From an uncultured Methanosarcinaceae archaeon (GTDB lineage Archaea; Halobacteriota; Methanosarcinia; Methanosarcinales; Methanosarcinaceae): a stretch of DNA of 64,000 nucleotides. The stretch spans positions 59,665-123,664 of the forward strand of contig CAVRJG010000041.1 in NCBI GenBank assembly GCA_963721455.1, read 5' to 3'. How positions within the stretch are numbered: position 1 is the stretch's first letter; each line of letters begins with the position of its first letter. Below are positions 63,309 through 64,000 of the stretch, piece by piece. The position numbers and the translations under genes were made by a program. The notes below the pieces were generated by a model that saw nothing but the letters and a program-made list of their open reading frames with translations, did not search any database and was not told where the DNA came from.

Positions 63309-64000
63309 TTATTCAATAGTCCCGTCTTCTCCATATATTCCTAATAGTTCACCGTAACTTGTAAGTTTTGCGGTATAAGTGATTTTGCTTCCTTCTTTTA
63401 ACTGTAATAGTTTATCTTTTTGGTCATCTCTCATTACAACAGTGACATCTGAGATCAATGAGCGGGAAGAATGTTTTACACTTACGGTATATGACCCCAT
63501 ACTTTCGCCTACACTTGCCACAGTTCCAGACCATGTAACATATTTTCCTTTATAATTATCATCGAAGAAACTTTCTTTCTGTAAAGCTGTGGCGGTAGAG
63601 TCCGAATAGAGAGCAAAATCCGAAAACGAAGTGCTTACTATCTCTTTCTGAGGTTCTTCGCTGCTTGAGGTCTCTTTGATAGGCTCATCATTGCTTGAGG
63701 TCGCTTTTACAGGCTTATCACTTATTGGAGTGTCTTTGGTAGGGGTAACTGCCTCCTTAACAGGTTCCACGTCAATAGTCCCGTCTTCTCCATATATCCC
63801 TAATAGTTCACCGTAACTTGTAAGTTTCGCGGTATAAGTGATTTTGCTTCCTTCTTTTAACTGTAATAGTTTGTCTTTTTGGTCATCTCTCATTACAACA
63901 GTGACATCTGAGATCAATGAGCGGGACGAATGTTTTACACTTACGGTATATGATCCCATACTCTCGCCTACACTTGCCACAGTTCCAGACCATGTGACAT
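63309..64000 (-). CDS. Tandem OB-fold-like repeat surface protein, 3' part (start outside the window)
   Basis: YKGKYVTWSGTV..V..KITYTAKL repeat with P/T/S/E linker; near-identical DNA repeat with period 459 bp. Confidence 0.7.
   Translation of the reverse strand, partial: VTWSGTVASVGESMGSYTVSVKHSSRSLISDVTVVMRDDQKDKLLQLKEGSKITYTAKLTSYGELLGIYGEDGTIDVEPVKEAVTPTKDTPISDKPVKATSSNDEPIKETSSSEEPQKEIVSTSFSDFALYSDSTATALQKESFFDDNYKGKYVTWSGTVASVGESMGSYTVSVKHSSRSLISDVTVVMRDDQKDKLLQLKEGSKITYTAKLTSYGELLGIYGEDGTIE

Overview
Archaeal chromosomal window, very probably from Methanosarcina (hdrED, bacterial-type groES/groEL, one archaeal histone, intron-containing tRNA-Trp, methanogenesis marker 9). Most of it is core housekeeping: the priS-GINS-L44e-S27e-aIF2alpha-Nop10-PAC2-EndoQ cluster, Rqc2-pelota, DacZ, RFC, MCM, pyruvate carboxylase/BirA, HdrED, RNase P RNA and two tRNAs. 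Intergenic spaces hold MITEs, REP-like repeats and an IS200/IS605 remnant, and several genes are pseudogenes. The last ~4.7 kb is an AT-rich accessory island: two tandem PD-(D/E)XK nucleases, two toxin-antitoxin pairs with visible operators, three related TAGCAAC...GTTG(C/T)TA palindromes (one a perfect 11-6-11 site), and a split coiled-coil gene interrupted by a TA module. Best leads: (i) a possible recombinase-site cassette system in that island, (ii) an FGE/C-lectin gene whose 3' end has the codon footprint of DGR mutagenesis although I saw no RT or template repeat in the window, (iii) a DUF116/geranylgeranyl-reductase cluster next to hdrED that is partly decaying. All family calls come from motif recognition by eye, not database searches.
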